A DNA stretch of 64,000 bases, from positions 5,534 through 69,533 of the forward strand of contig CALVCS010000012.1 in the NCBI GenBank assembly GCA_944326035.1, in the 5' to 3' direction. This document shows positions 17,274 through 27,106 of the stretch, one piece after another. The notes below the pieces were generated by a model. It saw only the letters and a program-made list of their open reading frames with translations, was not told the origin of the DNA and ran no database searches. Positions within the stretch are counted from its first letter, which is position 1. Each line of letters begins with the position of its first letter. Origin of the DNA: an uncultured Alistipes sp. (GTDB lineage: Bacteria > Bacteroidota > Bacteroidia > Bacteroidales > Rikenellaceae). Made by a program: the position numbers and the translations under genes.

Positions 17274-18887
17274 TTAGTGGCTTTCCGTTGCAGGGAGCGA
17301 GTCGGGTTCCGGTTCGGTCAGGAATGGGTCGGATTCCGTCTCGGTCAACAGCGGGTCGGGCAGGGCTTTCTGGAGCGTCTCCGCCAGAATGGCGGACAAC
17401 GACCCGGCCGTCAAACGGCTTTGCATCCAGGCCGGAAAGTCGCAAACGACCAACAACGAGCGTTCATAACGATCCTCGCGGATCTGGCGGGCCGTCGGTT
17501 CGAATCGGTTCCACAGCCGAACGCACGCTGCTCGATCGAACGGCAAGGGGTAGGCCTGTACGAAACGAAACAGCAATTTCTCCATCGCATATTGAGGCTG
17601 CCCCTTCTCCCCCCGTATTTCGCGCCGGAACGAAGCCACCTCATAAGCCACCCAATCGTAATCGCCCGCTTCGGCCAGCAACAGCAGATTGACCAATCGA
17701 GCGGCCCGATAGTCCGGAAAGGCATGCAGCAATTTCCCGGAGGCCAGGATTTTCCGCATCTGTTTGCGGGCTTCCGACAGCTGTCCGACAAAGAGCCACA
17801 GGACCGCATCCTGCAGCCACAGGCGCAATTGGATCGCCAGCCCCAATAAATGCAGCTTGCGAAACAACCGCTCCTCGAACCGATGCCGCCAGTCGACGGC
17901 CTCATCCAACCGCCCGGCATGGACCAACGCCAGCGAACGGTACAAATAGACCCGAGCCACATCGTCCAACGTCACCTCCGGGGCATCGAGTCGCCCGCCC
18001 ACCAATTGGGCGGCGAAGTAGGGTACCTCGTCGTAAAGTCCGACAGCCAGCAGGGTGTTCAAAATCCCCTCCAAGGCCTGTCGATAGGGGAGCGGCGGGC
18101 GCTGACCCTCCGGCCGATCCTCCTCGAATCGCCGGATCAATCCCCGGTAGTGGCGCAACGCAGCCGGATAGTTGCCCACGCTCAGAAAATAGGTCGCCTG
18201 GAAAAGCGCATGCAGCTCTTCGGTTTCGAACGTGCGTCCGCGATCGTTGGCCACCAGGTTCAATTCGTGTAACAACAGATCGTTGAGTTTTTGCTGATCC
18301 CGCTCCGACCGGGCATATCCCTTGTGATGGAACCGGAACTTCAAAATGTCATACAACTGATTGTGCCAGTGCTTGCTCCGAATCCGCTTGATGAGGTCGA
18401 TAATCCGAATCTGCTTGCCGACCAAACGTTTTTCGTCCAGCGTGCCGAAATTTCGAAGACTCAGATAACGTAGTTCGCTCTGTCGGATCAGCAACGCCAA
18501 CAGATCCTGATGATGAAGTTCGGCCTGTTTTTTCGCGCGATTCAGCGCCCGGAACGCCTCCTCATAAAGCCCGCGCTCGAACAGAATAGCCGCCGCCGAG
18601 ATCCGCTCGAACAACTGGTGTTGCAGATCTTCTCCGCTCCGTAGATGCAGCAGGCATTCCAACAGCTGGCTGTACAGATATTTCAGGGTCGTATCGGCCT
18701 GCGTCTGGGGATAGAGGCGACTGAACGCCTCCAGCGCCTCCTCCAGCGAACTGCAACGGTCGAAGAGGTCGAACAACGTCATGTACATCTTCGACCCGCC
18801 CTGCAATTGGGCATAGAGTCTGAAATATCTTTTTTCCGCCTTCGTCATGGAGCGGACCAATAAAAACGACGAAACCGATTTACTCAT
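17274..18887 (-). CDS. Hypothetical all-helical (TPR-like) protein with acidic repeat tail
   Basis: 537-aa ORF with ATG start and no signal peptide. Helical-repeat-like composition. The C-terminus carries a 9-aa tandem (DPLLTETES/DPFLTEPEP). No motif I can assign. Confidence 0.75.
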   Translation of the reverse strand: MSKSVSSFLLVRSMTKAEKRYFRLYAQLQGGSKMYMTLFDLFDRCSSLEEALEAFSRLYPQTQADTTLKYLYSQLLECLLHLRSGEDLQHQLFERISAAAILFERGLYEEAFRALNRAKKQAELHHQDLLALLIRQSELRYLSLRNFGTLDEKRLVGKQIRIIDLIKRIRSKHWHNQLYDILKFRFHHKGYARSERDQQKLNDLLLHELNLVANDRGRTFETEELHALFQATYFLSVGNYPAALRHYRGLIRRFEEDRPEGQRPPLPYRQALEGILNTLLAVGLYDEVPYFAAQLVGGRLDAPEVTLDDVARVYLYRSLALVHAGRLDEAVDWRHRFEERLFRKLHLLGLAIQLRLWLQDAVLWLFVGQLSEARKQMRKILASGKLLHAFPDYRAARLVNLLLLAEAGDYDWVAYEVASFRREIRGEKGQPQYAMEKLLFRFVQAYPLPFDRAACVRLWNRFEPTARQIREDRYERSLLVVCDFPAWMQSRLTAGSLSAILAETLQKALPDPLLTETESDPFLTEPEPDSLPATESH

Positions 18888-19028
18888 ATAATCCCGTTAT
18901 CACCAAGTGCTTTTTATCCCCCCGAAAGCTCCCTTACAACCCTTCGGAAAGAGAGATAAAGAAAATTCGCTGCGTTTGGGTTTCTCTAAAATAGTGTTTT
19001 TTCACGATGGAAATCCTACTCAAACTGT

Positions 19029-19036
19029 TAATTTTG
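19029..19036 (+). promoter_or_regulatory. -7 promoter element (TAATTTTG) for the ARH-ribokinase cluster
   Basis: Exact TAnnTTTG, 45 nt upstream of the ATG at 19082. Confidence 0.5.
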
Positions 19037-19081
19037 TAAAAAATCACCCTTAAAACTTCTAAAAACCTAAAGCACAACATC

Positions 19082-20656
19082 ATGAAAAAAGGATTCCTGC
19101 TGGTCATGGCAGTCGGTTTGCTGGCTTGTGGCCAAAACCGCACCGACAGCCCTCAAATGCCGAAAAGCGTTACCCTGACCCGCGACGTCTTGCAAGACAA
19201 AATCAAGGGCGGATGGGCCGGCCAAACCATCGGATGCTCGTACGGAAGCGTGACCGAATTCCGTTACAACGGAGGAATGATCCCTGCCTATACCCCGATT
19301 CCCTGGCCCGACGGCTATATCAAATGGTGGTACGAAAACTCCCCCGGGCTGTATGACGATGTCTATATGGATCTGACCTTCGTCGAAGTGATCGATCGTC
19401 TGGGCGTGGATGCCCCGGTCGATTCGTTCGCCATGGCCTTTGCCACGGCCGACTACCGCCTCTGGCACGCCAATCAGGCCGCCCGTTACAACATCCTGAA
19501 CGGCATCATGCCCCCGGCTTCAGGCCACTGGCTGTACAATGCCCATGCCGATGACCTCGACTACCAGATCGAAGCCGACTTTACGGGGCTGATGTGCCCG
19601 GGCATGCCCAACAGCGCCTCCGAAATCTCCGACAAAATCGGCCATATCATGTGTTATGGCGACGGTTGGTATGGCGGGGTGTATGTGGGCGCGATGTATT
19701 CGCTGGCCTTTGTGTCCGACGACATGGAGTTCGTGGTGACCGAAGCCCTGAAAACCATCCCCAAAGAGAGCAAGTTCTATCAATGTATGGCCGACGTGAT
19801 CCGGTGGTGGAAACAGTACCCCGACGACTGGCAGCAGACCTGGTTCGAAGTCACCCGCAAATGGAACCAGGATGTGGGATGCCCCAGCGGGGTGTTCGGC
19901 TCGTTCAACATCGATGCGGTGATCAACAGCGCCTACATTGTCATCGGGCTGCTCTACGGCGAAAAGGATTTCTTCAAGACGATGGATATTTCCACCCGTT
20001 GCGGCTACGACTCGGACTGCAATCCCGCTTCGGCCGCCGGGATCCTGGGGACGATGATCGGCTATCAGAACATCCCCGAATACTGGATGAAAAACCTGCG
20101 GGAAGCCGAAGATATGGACTTCGCTTTCACGCACACCTCACTGAACAAAGTCTATGACATCGGCTTCCGTCACGCCCTGCAGATGATCTCCGCCAACGGC
20201 GGTACGGTCACCGATTCGACCGTGACGATCGCCTGCCAACAACCGGTTCCGGTCCGTTTGGAACAATCTTTCGAAGGACACTACCCGGTTCTGGCCCGTT
20301 CGATGACGGTTCCGATGCAAGAACTCGATACGCTTCAATTCGAAGGCACGGGCGCCGTCTTCCGCGGTAAACTGGAGTGCAAAGACGAATCTTATGTTGC
20401 CGAAGTGGATTGCTACCTGGATGGCGAACGGGTCGAAACAGCCAAATTGCCAGTCGCTTTCCACGACCGCAAACAGGAGATCTTCTTCCGCTACCAACTG
20501 CCCAAAGGAGTGCATACGGTTGCGATGAAGTGGAAAAATCCGCGTCCCGACGCCACCTTCGACTTTACCTATATGCTGGTCTATTCCGACGCTCCGTACG
20601 AACATCCGCACGCCCGTCTGCAGGCTGAAAGTATGAAAAATAAATCGGTAAATTAA
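19082..20656 (+). CDS. ADP-ribosylglycohydrolase-family lipoprotein with extra C-terminal domain
   Basis: Lipoprotein signal VGLLACGQN. The KIKGGWAGQTIGCSYGSVTEF and YGDGWYGGVYVGAMYS regions resemble the exported Bacteroidota ARH subfamily. About 130 extra C-terminal residues. The stop overlaps the next ATG (TAATG). Confidence 0.7.
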   Translation: MKKGFLLVMAVGLLACGQNRTDSPQMPKSVTLTRDVLQDKIKGGWAGQTIGCSYGSVTEFRYNGGMIPAYTPIPWPDGYIKWWYENSPGLYDDVYMDLTFVEVIDRLGVDAPVDSFAMAFATADYRLWHANQAARYNILNGIMPPASGHWLYNAHADDLDYQIEADFTGLMCPGMPNSASEISDKIGHIMCYGDGWYGGVYVGAMYSLAFVSDDMEFVVTEALKTIPKESKFYQCMADVIRWWKQYPDDWQQTWFEVTRKWNQDVGCPSGVFGSFNIDAVINSAYIVIGLLYGEKDFFKTMDISTRCGYDSDCNPASAAGILGTMIGYQNIPEYWMKNLREAEDMDFAFTHTSLNKVYDIGFRHALQMISANGGTVTDSTVTIACQQPVPVRLEQSFEGHYPVLARSMTVPMQELDTLQFEGTGAVFRGKLECKDESYVAEVDCYLDGERVETAKLPVAFHDRKQEIFFRYQLPKGVHTVAMKWKNPRPDATFDFTYMLVYSDAPYEHPHARLQAESMKNKSVN

Positions 20657-21606
20657 TGCGTATGGCGTCCAACCTTCCCACTCCTCAACAAATTTTGGTG
20701 GTCGGCAGCAGCAACACCGATATGGTGGTTCGCAGCTCCCACCTTCCCCGCCCGGGGGAAACGGTCCTGGGTGGCACGTTTCTGATGAATCCCGGGGGCA
20801 AAGGGGCCAATCAAGCCGTGGCCGTGGCCCGTTTAGGCGGTCAAGTAACCTTCATCTGCAAAGTGGGCAGCGACATTTTCGGTCATCAGGCCCGCCAGCT
20901 GTTTGAAGAGGAGGGCATCGACACCTCCTATGTCTGCACCGATACGGAACATCCTTCGGGGGTCGCCCTAATCACCGTAGACGATCGGGCTGAAAACTGC
21001 ATCGTCGTCGCTTCGGGGGCCAACGCCCATCTGCTGCCGTCCCATCTGGCCGGCATCGAAAAGATCTTAGACCGGACGGAGATCATCCTCGTGCAACTCG
21101 AGATTCCGATCGAGACGGTCGAATATGTGGCCTCCCTGGCTCGTCAGTACCACAAAAAGCTGATCCTCAACCCGGCTCCGGCCCAACCGCTCTCCCGTGA
21201 ACTGCTCGAATGCCTCTACCTGATCACCCCGAACGAAACCGAAGCCGAGATGATTTCGGGGGTGAAGATCGTCGACGAAGCCTCCGCAATTCAAGCGGCC
21301 GCCCGTATCACTGAGATGGGGGTAGACAACGTCATCATCACCCTGGGATCCAAAGGCGCCTTGGTCTATACCGACCAGCAGGCTACGCTGATTCCCGCCT
21401 ATGAGATTCAAGCGGTAGATACGACGGCCGCCGGCGATGTATTCAACGGGGCATTGGCGGTCTCCCTCTCGGAGGGCAATACCTTGATTCACGCTGCCCG
21501 TTTCGCTTGTAAAGCGTCGGCGCTGTCGATCAGTCGGGTGGGCGCGCAGGCTTCGGTGCCCTACCGCAACGAACTCGACATTACCGAACTGCCCATCAAG
21601 GGCTAA
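20656..21606 (+). CDS. rbsK: Ribokinase (PfkB family)
   Basis: PfkB signatures GGKGANQAVA and DTTAAGDVFNGA. 316 aa. Confidence 0.9.
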   Translation: MRMASNLPTPQQILVVGSSNTDMVVRSSHLPRPGETVLGGTFLMNPGGKGANQAVAVARLGGQVTFICKVGSDIFGHQARQLFEEEGIDTSYVCTDTEHPSGVALITVDDRAENCIVVASGANAHLLPSHLAGIEKILDRTEIILVQLEIPIETVEYVASLARQYHKKLILNPAPAQPLSRELLECLYLITPNETEAEMISGVKIVDEASAIQAAARITEMGVDNVIITLGSKGALVYTDQQATLIPAYEIQAVDTTAAGDVFNGALAVSLSEGNTLIHAARFACKASALSISRVGAQASVPYRNELDITELPIKG

Positions 21607-21615
21607 ATTCTATCT

Positions 21616-21639
21616 GGCCGTCTCCCGATAGAGACGGCC
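21616..21639 (+). terminator. Hairpin between ribokinase and transporter (attenuator/terminator)
   Basis: Perfect 9-bp stem ggccgtctc/gagacggcc with a 6-nt loop, followed by ttccctctc. Confidence 0.45.
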
Positions 21640-21723
21640 TTCCCTCTCTAAGGCGGTCTCTGCGCTTCCCTCCCAAGGCCGTCTCGCACACCTACCCTTG
21701 TAAACCTAAACTAACTACGTCTT

Positions 21724-22722
21724 ATGTATATCGTTCACAACTACACACTGGCGGTGATATTCTGCTTTATCACCATGTTGTGCTGGGGGTCGTGGGGCAA
21801 CACCCAGAAGCTGGCAGCCCGCACCTGGCGCTACGAATTTTTCTATTGGGACTATGTGATCGGGGTGTTGCTCTTCTCGATTCTGGCCGCCTTCACCCTC
21901 GGAAGCACCGGCACCGAAGGCCGCAGCTTTATGGTCGACCTCGCCCAGGCCGATCCGGCTAACCTGGGAAAAGCGTTCCTCGGCGGAGTCGTCTTCAATA
22001 CGGCCAATATTCTGCTCTCAGCCGCCATCGCCCTGTGCGGTATGTCGGTAGCCTTTCCCGTGGGCATCGGCCTGGCGCTGGTGTTGGGCGTGCTGATCAA
22101 CTACTTCGGAGAGGCCAAAGGCGATCCGACCTATATCTTCCTGGGAGTGGTGCTGATCACGATCGCCATCATCTTCAACGCCCTGGCCTATAAAAAGGCT
22201 CAAAGCGGCACCCGTCAGGTATCGCGGAGCGGGATCCTGACCGCCATCGCCGCCGGGGTGATCATGGCCTTCTTCTACCGCTTCGTCGCCGCCTCGATGG
22301 ATATGAATTTCGCCGCTCCGGCCCCCGGAAAACTGACGCCTTATACGGCCCTCTTCATCTTTGCCGTCGGCATCTTTGTCAGCACCTTTATCCTCAACAC
22401 CATCGCGATGAAGAAACCCATCGCCGGCGAACCGGCCTCGATCCGGGACTATTTCCGCGGAAACCTCAAAACCCATCTGGTCGGGGTCTTGGGCGGTGTG
22501 ATCTGGTGCATCGGACAGCTGCTGAGCCTGATCGCTTCGGGAACGGCCGGAGCCGCCATCTCCTACGGATTGGGGCAGGGGGCGACGCTGGTATCGGCCT
22601 TATGGGGAATCCTGGTTTGGCATGAATTCCGGCAGGCTCCGGCCGTCTCGACCAAACTCAATGTCGGGATGTTCGTCTTCTTCCTGGCCGGATTGGGCCT
22701 ACTGATCTATGCCGGAGCTTAA
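21724..22722 (+). CDS. GRP-family (glucose/ribose porter, DMT superfamily) sugar transporter
   Basis: 332 aa, about 10 hydrophobic segments. The N-terminus ITMLCWGSWGNTQK is typical of GRP/RbsU-like permeases. Confidence 0.75.
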   Translation: MYIVHNYTLAVIFCFITMLCWGSWGNTQKLAARTWRYEFFYWDYVIGVLLFSILAAFTLGSTGTEGRSFMVDLAQADPANLGKAFLGGVVFNTANILLSAAIALCGMSVAFPVGIGLALVLGVLINYFGEAKGDPTYIFLGVVLITIAIIFNALAYKKAQSGTRQVSRSGILTAIAAGVIMAFFYRFVAASMDMNFAAPAPGKLTPYTALFIFAVGIFVSTFILNTIAMKKPIAGEPASIRDYFRGNLKTHLVGVLGGVIWCIGQLLSLIASGTAGAAISYGLGQGATLVSALWGILVWHEFRQAPAVSTKLNVGMFVFFLAGLGLLIYAGA

Positions 22723-22732
22723 ACCCAGACGC

Positions 22733-23626
22733 ATGAAACGCTTGTGTACTTTGCTGACATGTGTCGTGCTGAGCGTCTGGAGCGGAATGGCGTTGCAGGC
22801 GCAGGAGCCGATCGAACTGCCACTCTGGCCCGAAGGCCCGACCGAAAGCAATGGTCTGTCGGGCCCTGAAACGATCGTCGGATCCCGACACTATACCGCC
22901 AATGTCAGTGTACCGACACTGACCTTCTATCCGGCTCGGGCCGATCGGAATACCGGCATCAGCATCATCCTGGCCCCCGGCGGGGGATATGCCGCCCTGG
23001 CGCTACCCCAGGAAGGGGAACCTGTCGCCCGCTGGTTGGCCGAACAGGGAATTTCCGGGCTGGTGCTCAAATATCGGATGCCCAACGGACATCGCCGCAT
23101 CCCGCTCGATGACGCTCAACAAGCCATGCGTCTGATCCGTGCGCATGCCTCCGAATGGGGGCTCGATACGGCACGAATCGGCATTATGGGCTTTTCAGCC
23201 GGGGGACATCTGGCCTCCACCCTGTTGACGCATTACGAAGCGGATACGCGTCCGGCATTCGGGATTCTGTGCTATCCGGTCATCTCGTTTGCGGATTCGC
23301 TGGTGCATCGGGGCTCGATGCTCCAACTGTTGGGAGCCGACACGACCGCGACCTGCAAGGACTACTATTCGAATGAACGGCATATCACGCCGAACACGCC
23401 TCCGACCATGTTGCTGCTGTCCAACAACGACGGAACCGTCAAAACACGCAACTCGACGCTCTTTTACGATCGTCTCAAACAAAATGGCGTTCCTGCCGCG
23501 TTGTATCTCTTCCCCACCGGAGGACACGGCTGGGGGTTCCAGACGAGTTTCGTCTATCATGAACGGCTCAAGACCTTGGTATTGGACTGGATCCGTTTTC
23601 TGTATCCCGAAATAACCTTGCCTTAA
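22733..23626 (+). CDS. Secreted alpha/beta-hydrolase (esterase/lipase fold-3 type)
   Basis: Signal peptide MKRLCTLLTCVVLSVWSGMALQAQ starting at the second ATG. Oxyanion-like APGGGY and nucleophile elbow GFSAGGHLA. The alternative ATG at 22709 would overlap the transporter gene. Confidence 0.8.
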   Translation: MKRLCTLLTCVVLSVWSGMALQAQEPIELPLWPEGPTESNGLSGPETIVGSRHYTANVSVPTLTFYPARADRNTGISIILAPGGGYAALALPQEGEPVARWLAEQGISGLVLKYRMPNGHRRIPLDDAQQAMRLIRAHASEWGLDTARIGIMGFSAGGHLASTLLTHYEADTRPAFGILCYPVISFADSLVHRGSMLQLLGADTTATCKDYYSNERHITPNTPPTMLLLSNNDGTVKTRNSTLFYDRLKQNGVPAALYLFPTGGHGWGFQTSFVYHERLKTLVLDWIRFLYPEITLP

Positions 23627-23652
23627 CCCTTCGGCAAGGAGCTATTAGCCCA

Positions 23653-23699
23653 CCGACGCCTGGAATCGTACTTGATTTCGGGCGTCGGTTTCTTTGTTC
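23653..23699 (+). terminator. Hairpin terminator after esterase gene
   Basis: 8-bp stem ccgacgcc/ggcgtcgg followed by tttctttgtt. Confidence 0.5.
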
Positions 23700-23747
23700 C
23701 CATCCCCAACGATGCCGTTCGTTTCCCGGCGCTTTAAAAAATTTTTC

Positions 23748-23755
23748 TATCTTTG
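23748..23755 (+). promoter_or_regulatory. -7 promoter element (TATCTTTG) upstream of heparinase-like gene
   Basis: Exact TAnnTTTG, 144 nt upstream of the ATG at 23900. This is a longer leader than the others, so confidence is lower. Confidence 0.35.
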
Positions 23756-23899
23756 TTTAACCGGCAGCCGGGCCTCTGTTGAGAGCCTCTAAGCCCCAGG
23801 AAAAAGGCTCACGCCTGTTCCGAACGTTGCAGATCGACCGGACGAGATGGGTATGTCCATAGGCGGTCTGTTTTGCATGAACCTTCTAATCCCCTAAGC

Positions 23900-25930
23900 A
23901 TGAGACTAAAAACGCTGATCGGCTTATTATTGGGACTTTGCCTCTCCCAGTCGCTCGTGGCCCAGGATTACCTGGCGCTCAGCCAAAAGATTCTGAACCG
24001 CAATCTCGAACATCCCTACCTGGTCTTCGACAACCAGAGCAAACAGGAGATCCTCGACCGGATTGCCTCCGATCCCACCCAAGCCCAAATCTTCGACCTG
24101 CTGTTGCAACAAGGACGTCGACTGCTGCTGACGACCGTCGAGCCCCAACCCTTCCTGGACAACGACGCCAATGTATACAACGAAACGTTCGATTTCGAAA
24201 ACTTTGTCGGCTTCTATCGGGAGGGTTCCAAACTATTGGCCTTCCTGTACCAGATGACCGGGGACGAAGCGTATGCCCAGAAAGCGTTTCATTACGCCGA
24301 TCGTCTGTGCGAAATGACCTATTGGGTGCTGGGTCTGCACCGCTACAAGGTCATTCACAAACGGGTCTGGCCTTGGGGGGCCGATGACGATCAGGTGGTG
24401 TTCACGTTCGACCTGCACACCAGCGAAATCGCCTTGGCGTTGGGCCTGGTCTATGACTGGATCTACCCGGCCCTCGACAAAGAGCAACGCAATCGGATCC
24501 GCAGCGGATTGCTCGAAAACGCCATTCTGCGGGTACGGGGCAACTACGACTATTTCTGGTGGAGCGGCGCCTATCGCTGCAACTGGTCGGGGAGCTGTTA
24601 CGGCGGGCTGGGGATCGCCGCCCTGTCGTTGCTGACGGAGGATCCCGAGCTGGTGGATGTCGTGGCCCGCAGCTGCGAAGGCATGGTGAAGAACCTGGAA
24701 CAATACGGCTCCGACAACGGTTGGGCCGAAGGACGCCACTACTCGGTGTACGGTCTTCGGGAGACGATCTCGTTCATGGAGGCGATCAAACGCCTGACCG
24801 ACGGCCAGCTGAATATGTTCAAGGCCGAAGGGTGGCAACATCCGGCCGACTTCGGGCTGTACGGCATGACGGGCACCTTCAACGACGGCTTTTCGCCCGG
24901 CCCGATCGGACAATCGTATTTCTACAACAAATTCATTGCGGAAAACCCCGATCCGGCCGCCATGTACTACCTCGAGACCTACTTCAGCGACAATCGTCGG
25001 TCGATGAACTTCTGGGAGCTGATCTGGCCCCGCCCCACAAACGTCAAGGCCCAAAAACCGGCCGTAGCTTCGAAATACTTCCCGAGCATCGAGTGGGCCT
25101 TTATGCGCAAAGATTTCGGGGAAGAGAACCTGCAAGTGGCCATCAAATGCGCCCCGATGAACGATCCTCACCACGGGCATCTGGATGCCGGATCGTTTAT
25201 CCTGAGCTGGCAGGGGGACATTCTGGTGGGAGAGATGGATCAAAAAGTCTATGACCAGTTCTTTTTCACCGAAGACCGCTGGAAATATCTGCATGTACGG
25301 AGTCTGTCGCACAACGTGGTGCACGTCAACGGCGAGGAACAGATCCCCTGCAAACACAAAGATCAACCCTGGATCGAAGGGCTGGGGGGTAAGATCGATC
25401 ATTTCTATACGTCACCGACGTTCGACTACACGTTGATGGACCCCACGAACGCCTATCCCAAACAGGAGATGAAAGGGTGGAAACGGGCCATGATTCTCGA
25501 CAAACGCACCGACGTGGTGGTGGTGCTCGATCGCATTCGCTGCGAAAAGGGGGCTTCGATCGACCTGTTGTTCCATCCGCGGGTAGAGGTAACAGTCAAC
25601 GACGGTCGCAGTGCCTCGTTGCAGGGCAAACTCGCCGCCATGGAGATGCAGCCCCTGACGAATGCCCCATACGAAGTCAGCCTGCAGAAGCAGTATGTCG
25701 TTCGAGTGGTCAAGAACGACCCGATGCAGATCGTGCCCTGTATCTTCACCTCCCTGAAAGCCCCGGCCGAGGAGACCCTCGTCGCAACGGTATTCTATCC
25801 TTCGGCACAGAAGGCGTCGGCACAGGATTTCGTTCTGGATGAAAGTGGTCGCTATCCGGTGGTTCGTTACACGCTGGACGGACAATCCTACGCCTGGGAG
25901 ATCGCACCGAACGAAGTGAAAGCACTGTAA
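23900..25930 (+). CDS. Heparinase II/III-like (polysaccharide lyase-like) secreted protein
   Basis: The listed start at 23873 is TTG. The ATG at 23900 gives the signal peptide MRLKTLIGLLLGLCLSQSLVAQ. C-terminal HGHLDAGSF motif typical of heparinase II/III-family proteins. Confidence 0.8.
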   Translation: MRLKTLIGLLLGLCLSQSLVAQDYLALSQKILNRNLEHPYLVFDNQSKQEILDRIASDPTQAQIFDLLLQQGRRLLLTTVEPQPFLDNDANVYNETFDFENFVGFYREGSKLLAFLYQMTGDEAYAQKAFHYADRLCEMTYWVLGLHRYKVIHKRVWPWGADDDQVVFTFDLHTSEIALALGLVYDWIYPALDKEQRNRIRSGLLENAILRVRGNYDYFWWSGAYRCNWSGSCYGGLGIAALSLLTEDPELVDVVARSCEGMVKNLEQYGSDNGWAEGRHYSVYGLRETISFMEAIKRLTDGQLNMFKAEGWQHPADFGLYGMTGTFNDGFSPGPIGQSYFYNKFIAENPDPAAMYYLETYFSDNRRSMNFWELIWPRPTNVKAQKPAVASKYFPSIEWAFMRKDFGEENLQVAIKCAPMNDPHHGHLDAGSFILSWQGDILVGEMDQKVYDQFFFTEDRWKYLHVRSLSHNVVHVNGEEQIPCKHKDQPWIEGLGGKIDHFYTSPTFDYTLMDPTNAYPKQEMKGWKRAMILDKRTDVVVVLDRIRCEKGASIDLLFHPRVEVTVNDGRSASLQGKLAAMEMQPLTNAPYEVSLQKQYVVRVVKNDPMQIVPCIFTSLKAPAEETLVATVFYPSAQKASAQDFVLDESGRYPVVRYTLDGQSYAWEIAPNEVKAL

Positions 25931-25964
25931 CCGACATGCCTGGCCCCCGTTTGGGAGAAACAGT

Positions 25965-26003
25965 AAACAAACCGCGGAAGCTGGAAACTTCCGCGGTTTG
26001 TTT
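25965..26003. terminator. Bidirectional hairpin terminator between convergent genes
   Basis: Perfect 16-bp stem aaacaaaccgcggaag/cttccgcggtttgttt with a 7-nt loop. Confidence 0.7.
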
Positions 26004-26069
26004 GATCAGAAGATACGGCTAAAATCACAGAGCCGGCCTGATCGTATCCGTTTTAGGTCTATCCAGCGT

Positions 26070-27104
26070 TTATCGGGCCCGGCGTTTGAAAACCCACGCA
26101 TCGGGAAATGCCCCGCTCAAGGCCCGACGTTGTTGCTGTGCCTCGGCTTCACTGCCGACATCGGCCGTATAGACCATGATCTTCCCCGAAGACAATAATA
26201 ATTTGCGATAGGTTTGGGTAGCATCCTTTTGTCGCGCCGATGCGATGAAACGCTCCGCGTTGGCATCCGTACTGTAAGTCCCCACGACGACATAATAGCG
26301 CATTTCGCCCGGCTTGTGGGCTTCGGGGGCTGGGCTCTGGGCTTCCTTCCCGGCAGGACCGACAGGGCCGGTTTTCGGCGTTTTTGGGGCGACTTTCGGG
26401 GAGTCGGGCGATGAGGAAGACGCCCCGTTCGCCGGACGCTCAGCCTCCGTACGCTCGATGGCCGCTCCCGATCGAGCTTGAGCGGCCAGATCGCTCTCCG
26501 TCAAGGCCTCCAAAGAAGGTTCCGCATCGGCTCCGGATCCTCCCTGCCGCAACGTGCTATCCCCGCTCACCACGGATGCCGTCAAAGGAGTTCCTTCGGC
26601 ATACGGCGCATCATACGGGGCCGGGCGGCTATTGAGGTAGGTAATCAAACCGGCGGCCAATCCTCCACCGACGATAACCGTCGCCCCGACCCAGAAAAAG
26701 ATCTGGCGTAACGAATACGGACGGGGTAACTGCACCATGAACGTTCCGGAAGGGTTGAGGGTTCGTTGCAGTTCTTCGGTCGGGCGGAATTTTCCGTCGA
26801 CAATCTCCCCAATCGACTCCATCCGTATCCCTTCCGGGGTACACACTTCCGACAACCACGCCTCATAGATCGCGCGACTGCCAGCTTCATCGCGGCCGCT
26901 GCTTTCGCCGATCAGGCGCAGGATATCGTCATACACCGACACCGGTTCCGGTGCATACCGAACGCGACTAATGGGAGGAATCAACTTTCCGCTATCCTGC
27001 ATACGGGCCGCCTCGGTCACGACATACAACGCCCCGATGCCCGGCAGGTTAACGCCCCGACGCTGTGCCAGGGCATTAAAAATCAGCATACTGACCGGAT
27101 CCAT
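26070..27104 (-). CDS. SPOR-domain protein with HU-like N-terminal domain and one TM segment
   Basis: N-terminus MLIFNALAQRRGVNLPGIGALYVV (HU-like). TM segment IFFWVGATVIVGGGLAAGLI. Low-complexity linker. C-terminal SPOR-like region RYYVVVGTYSTDANAERF...AWVFKRR. Confidence 0.8.
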   Translation of the reverse strand: MDPVSMLIFNALAQRRGVNLPGIGALYVVTEAARMQDSGKLIPPISRVRYAPEPVSVYDDILRLIGESSGRDEAGSRAIYEAWLSEVCTPEGIRMESIGEIVDGKFRPTEELQRTLNPSGTFMVQLPRPYSLRQIFFWVGATVIVGGGLAAGLITYLNSRPAPYDAPYAEGTPLTASVVSGDSTLRQGGSGADAEPSLEALTESDLAAQARSGAAIERTEAERPANGASSSSPDSPKVAPKTPKTGPVGPAGKEAQSPAPEAHKPGEMRYYVVVGTYSTDANAERFIASARQKDATQTYRKLLLSSGKIMVYTADVGSEAEAQQQRRALSGAFPDAWVFKRRAR

Positions 27105-27106
27105 AG

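Noticed and set aside
21607-21723. Threefold recurrence of ggccgtctc-like words after rbsK
   Set aside because: One pair forms an ordinary hairpin. The other two copies are imperfect (ggcggtctc, ggccgtctc) and too short to distinguish from chance.
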